DNA from: Heteronotia binoei
Taxonomy: Eukaryota
Direction: 5' to 3'
DNA: 64,000 nt
Assembly (NCBI RefSeq): GCF_032191835.1
Contig: NC_083228.1
Span: 83,824,001 to 83,888,000, forward strand
A model generated the notes under the pieces. It worked only from the letters and a program-made list of their open reading frames with translations, did no database searches and was not told where the DNA came from. Positions 62,338 to 64,000 of this stretch are shown here, piece after piece (the first letter of the stretch is position 1; every line of letters begins with the position of its first letter). Position numbers and translations under genes: made by a program.

Positions 62338-62815
62338 GTGAGTAATTACTAATTATACTTTTTGAATTCAAATAAGAAATAGCAATATTTTGTGGTTGAT
62401 TTGTATTTCTCAGCTTTAATTGGATGTAATGCTTTATAGAAAACTACTTAGAAAAGAAGCCGTGTGTGCTTTTTACCATTCTTACTTGCAAATATTTCTG
62501 AAGTATCTCATATTTTGCTGCCTGCTTTTGTGACCTCACTACATGTTGCAACCACAGTGAGATCTAAGATACAGTGATTTTTCTACCTTATGTTTATGTT
62601 TCAGGTGCTGATGCTCATAGGAAAATATTCCCTAGAAAATAATATAGTGTTAATCTTTCCCCTTTTTGGTCTTGAATTTGCACAAAATGTCAGCTTTGCA
62701 CTGCCATTAGCTGCAATACTTCAAGAACTAAGGCTTTTGAGGCTTATTTGATATTTTAATATTACCTGGGGCATGTGTGTATGAATTGTTTGTCTTTTCC
62801 TTGGTTTTTTCCTAG

Positions 62816-62986
62816 TGGATAAATTCTCGCACAGTTGTACTTCTGGATAGTGTGGAAAAACTGCATGTGATAGATCGTCAGACACAGGAGGAGCTTGAGA
62901 CTTTGGAGATTTCAGAGGTTCAGTTAGTTTACAACAGCAGCCATTTCAAATCACTGGCAACAGGAGGCAACGTCAGCCAAGCACTG
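62816..62986 (+). CDS. VPS8: VPS8 exon (WINSRTVVLLDSVEKLHVIDRQTQEELE...GGNVSQAL); gene continues beyond the window
   Basis: 171 nt; matches human. Confidence 0.95.
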
Positions 62987-63075
62987 GTACAGCCAAATGA
63001 GATGTGTGGTTGATACATTTTGATAATCTTTCTATCTGAAATGTGTGCCCAGAAGAATTTCAGCTAAATAACACC

Positions 63076-63265
63076 TCCAAAATCTGTCAGATAATTGCTT
63101 TTGGGATAGAATAGTTTTTTGTGTTGTCTGTGTGGCACAGCTGCTTGAAATATCATCAGGCATGTAGAACATCCAAAATCTGTCAGATAATTGCTTTTGG
63201 GATAGAATAGTTTTTTGTGTGTCTATAGGGCATAACTGCTTGAAATGTCATTAGGTGCACAGCAC
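63076..63265 (+). repeat. Tandem duplication, period about 96 bp
   Basis: tccaaaatctgtcagataattgcttttgggatagaatagttttttgtgt starts at both 63076 and 63172. Confidence 0.9.
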
Positions 63266-64000
63266 AGTGTGCTGCTGTGTCATATTATCCCTGCCAACCA
63301 ACATCTTTCTTTGAACATGTTTTCCTTGAGATTATAAGGACAACTTGTTCAGACAATGGCTGGCATGCACGTCTACCACACACTTACACAGAGTCCTCTG
63401 GGTAAATTGAGAAAAGCCTTTTATTATAATATTGGATGCACTGATTTGCATCCATGACGATAAAAGACATGCTTTCTGTTCAACTTTAGGAACTCTGTCT
63501 AAATCTTATGACCTCCATGTGATATGCTATAACTTTTTTTATAATTAATAACTTTACTGAATAATTGTGCAAAAATTACAAAAGACAAGTAAACATGTAG
63601 TTGTAACAGTGAACAAGGCAAGAGAACCAGGCTAAATTACATTATTTGCACAAAACCAGAATAGGGCTTGCCATAAGAACAGTAAACATGAGACAGAAAC
63701 ATAAAGAAAGGCTGAAATCCAGCAGTCAGAAGGAAAAGAAAAACAAGGGAAAGAGAGGAAGGAGTTATTGTGGTGAGAGTCAGAAACTGCTCTGCGTTAA
63801 CAGGACATGGATCGCTAAATTGCTGTGAAACTGGTCCAGATTACAAGCAATAAAGGACGGAAATGCTGTAACATTTGAAAGTCATTGGGCATGCAGATTG
63901 TCTGCTGTCCCAGCCTGATGGAGAATCACTGGCTGATTCTGCACTAACCTTGCTCCGTGCCAGGCTTTCGTTTCTCTTTGGAGCAAGCTAGTGATTTCAC

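Noticed and set aside
63955-64000. cag|GCTTTCGTT… as a possible next VPS8 exon
   Set aside because: Translates AFVSLWSKLVIS, not the expected ALVGEKACYQS

Overview
Vertebrate genomic DNA from a squamate reptile, probably a gecko (inferred from Sauria-type SINEs, CR1/L2/Penelope elements and hAT MITEs). There are two short N gaps (5070-5215, 9465-9626). Four protein-coding genes are recognisable from translated exons with GT/AG boundaries and consistent phase. (1) PCCB exons 1-2 on the minus strand, running off the left edge. (2) SLC35G2/TMEM22 on the plus strand, a single 412-aa coding exon that probably shares a CpG-island promoter with PCCB. (3) An NME9/TXNDC6-like (NME8/9 family) gene on the plus strand with six coding exons encoding an intact WCGPC thioredoxin domain and an acidic tail, but no recognisable NDP-kinase exons before the next gene. 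(4) VPS8 on the plus strand, 14 coding exons, running off the right edge. The rest is rich in transposable elements: a near-full-length decayed CR1 LINE, a Gypsy integrase/PPT/LTR fragment, two Penelope-like elements (one with a minimal hammerhead ribozyme motif, one with an inverted terminal duplication and 14-bp TSD), nested hAT MITEs with 8-bp TSDs and many SINEs. The best leads are the apparently thioredoxin-only NME9-like gene with RFX X-boxes, the hammerhead motif, and the gene order relative to human. Gene identities come from recalled human protein sequences, not database searches. Repeat boundaries are approximate unless a TSD is quoted.
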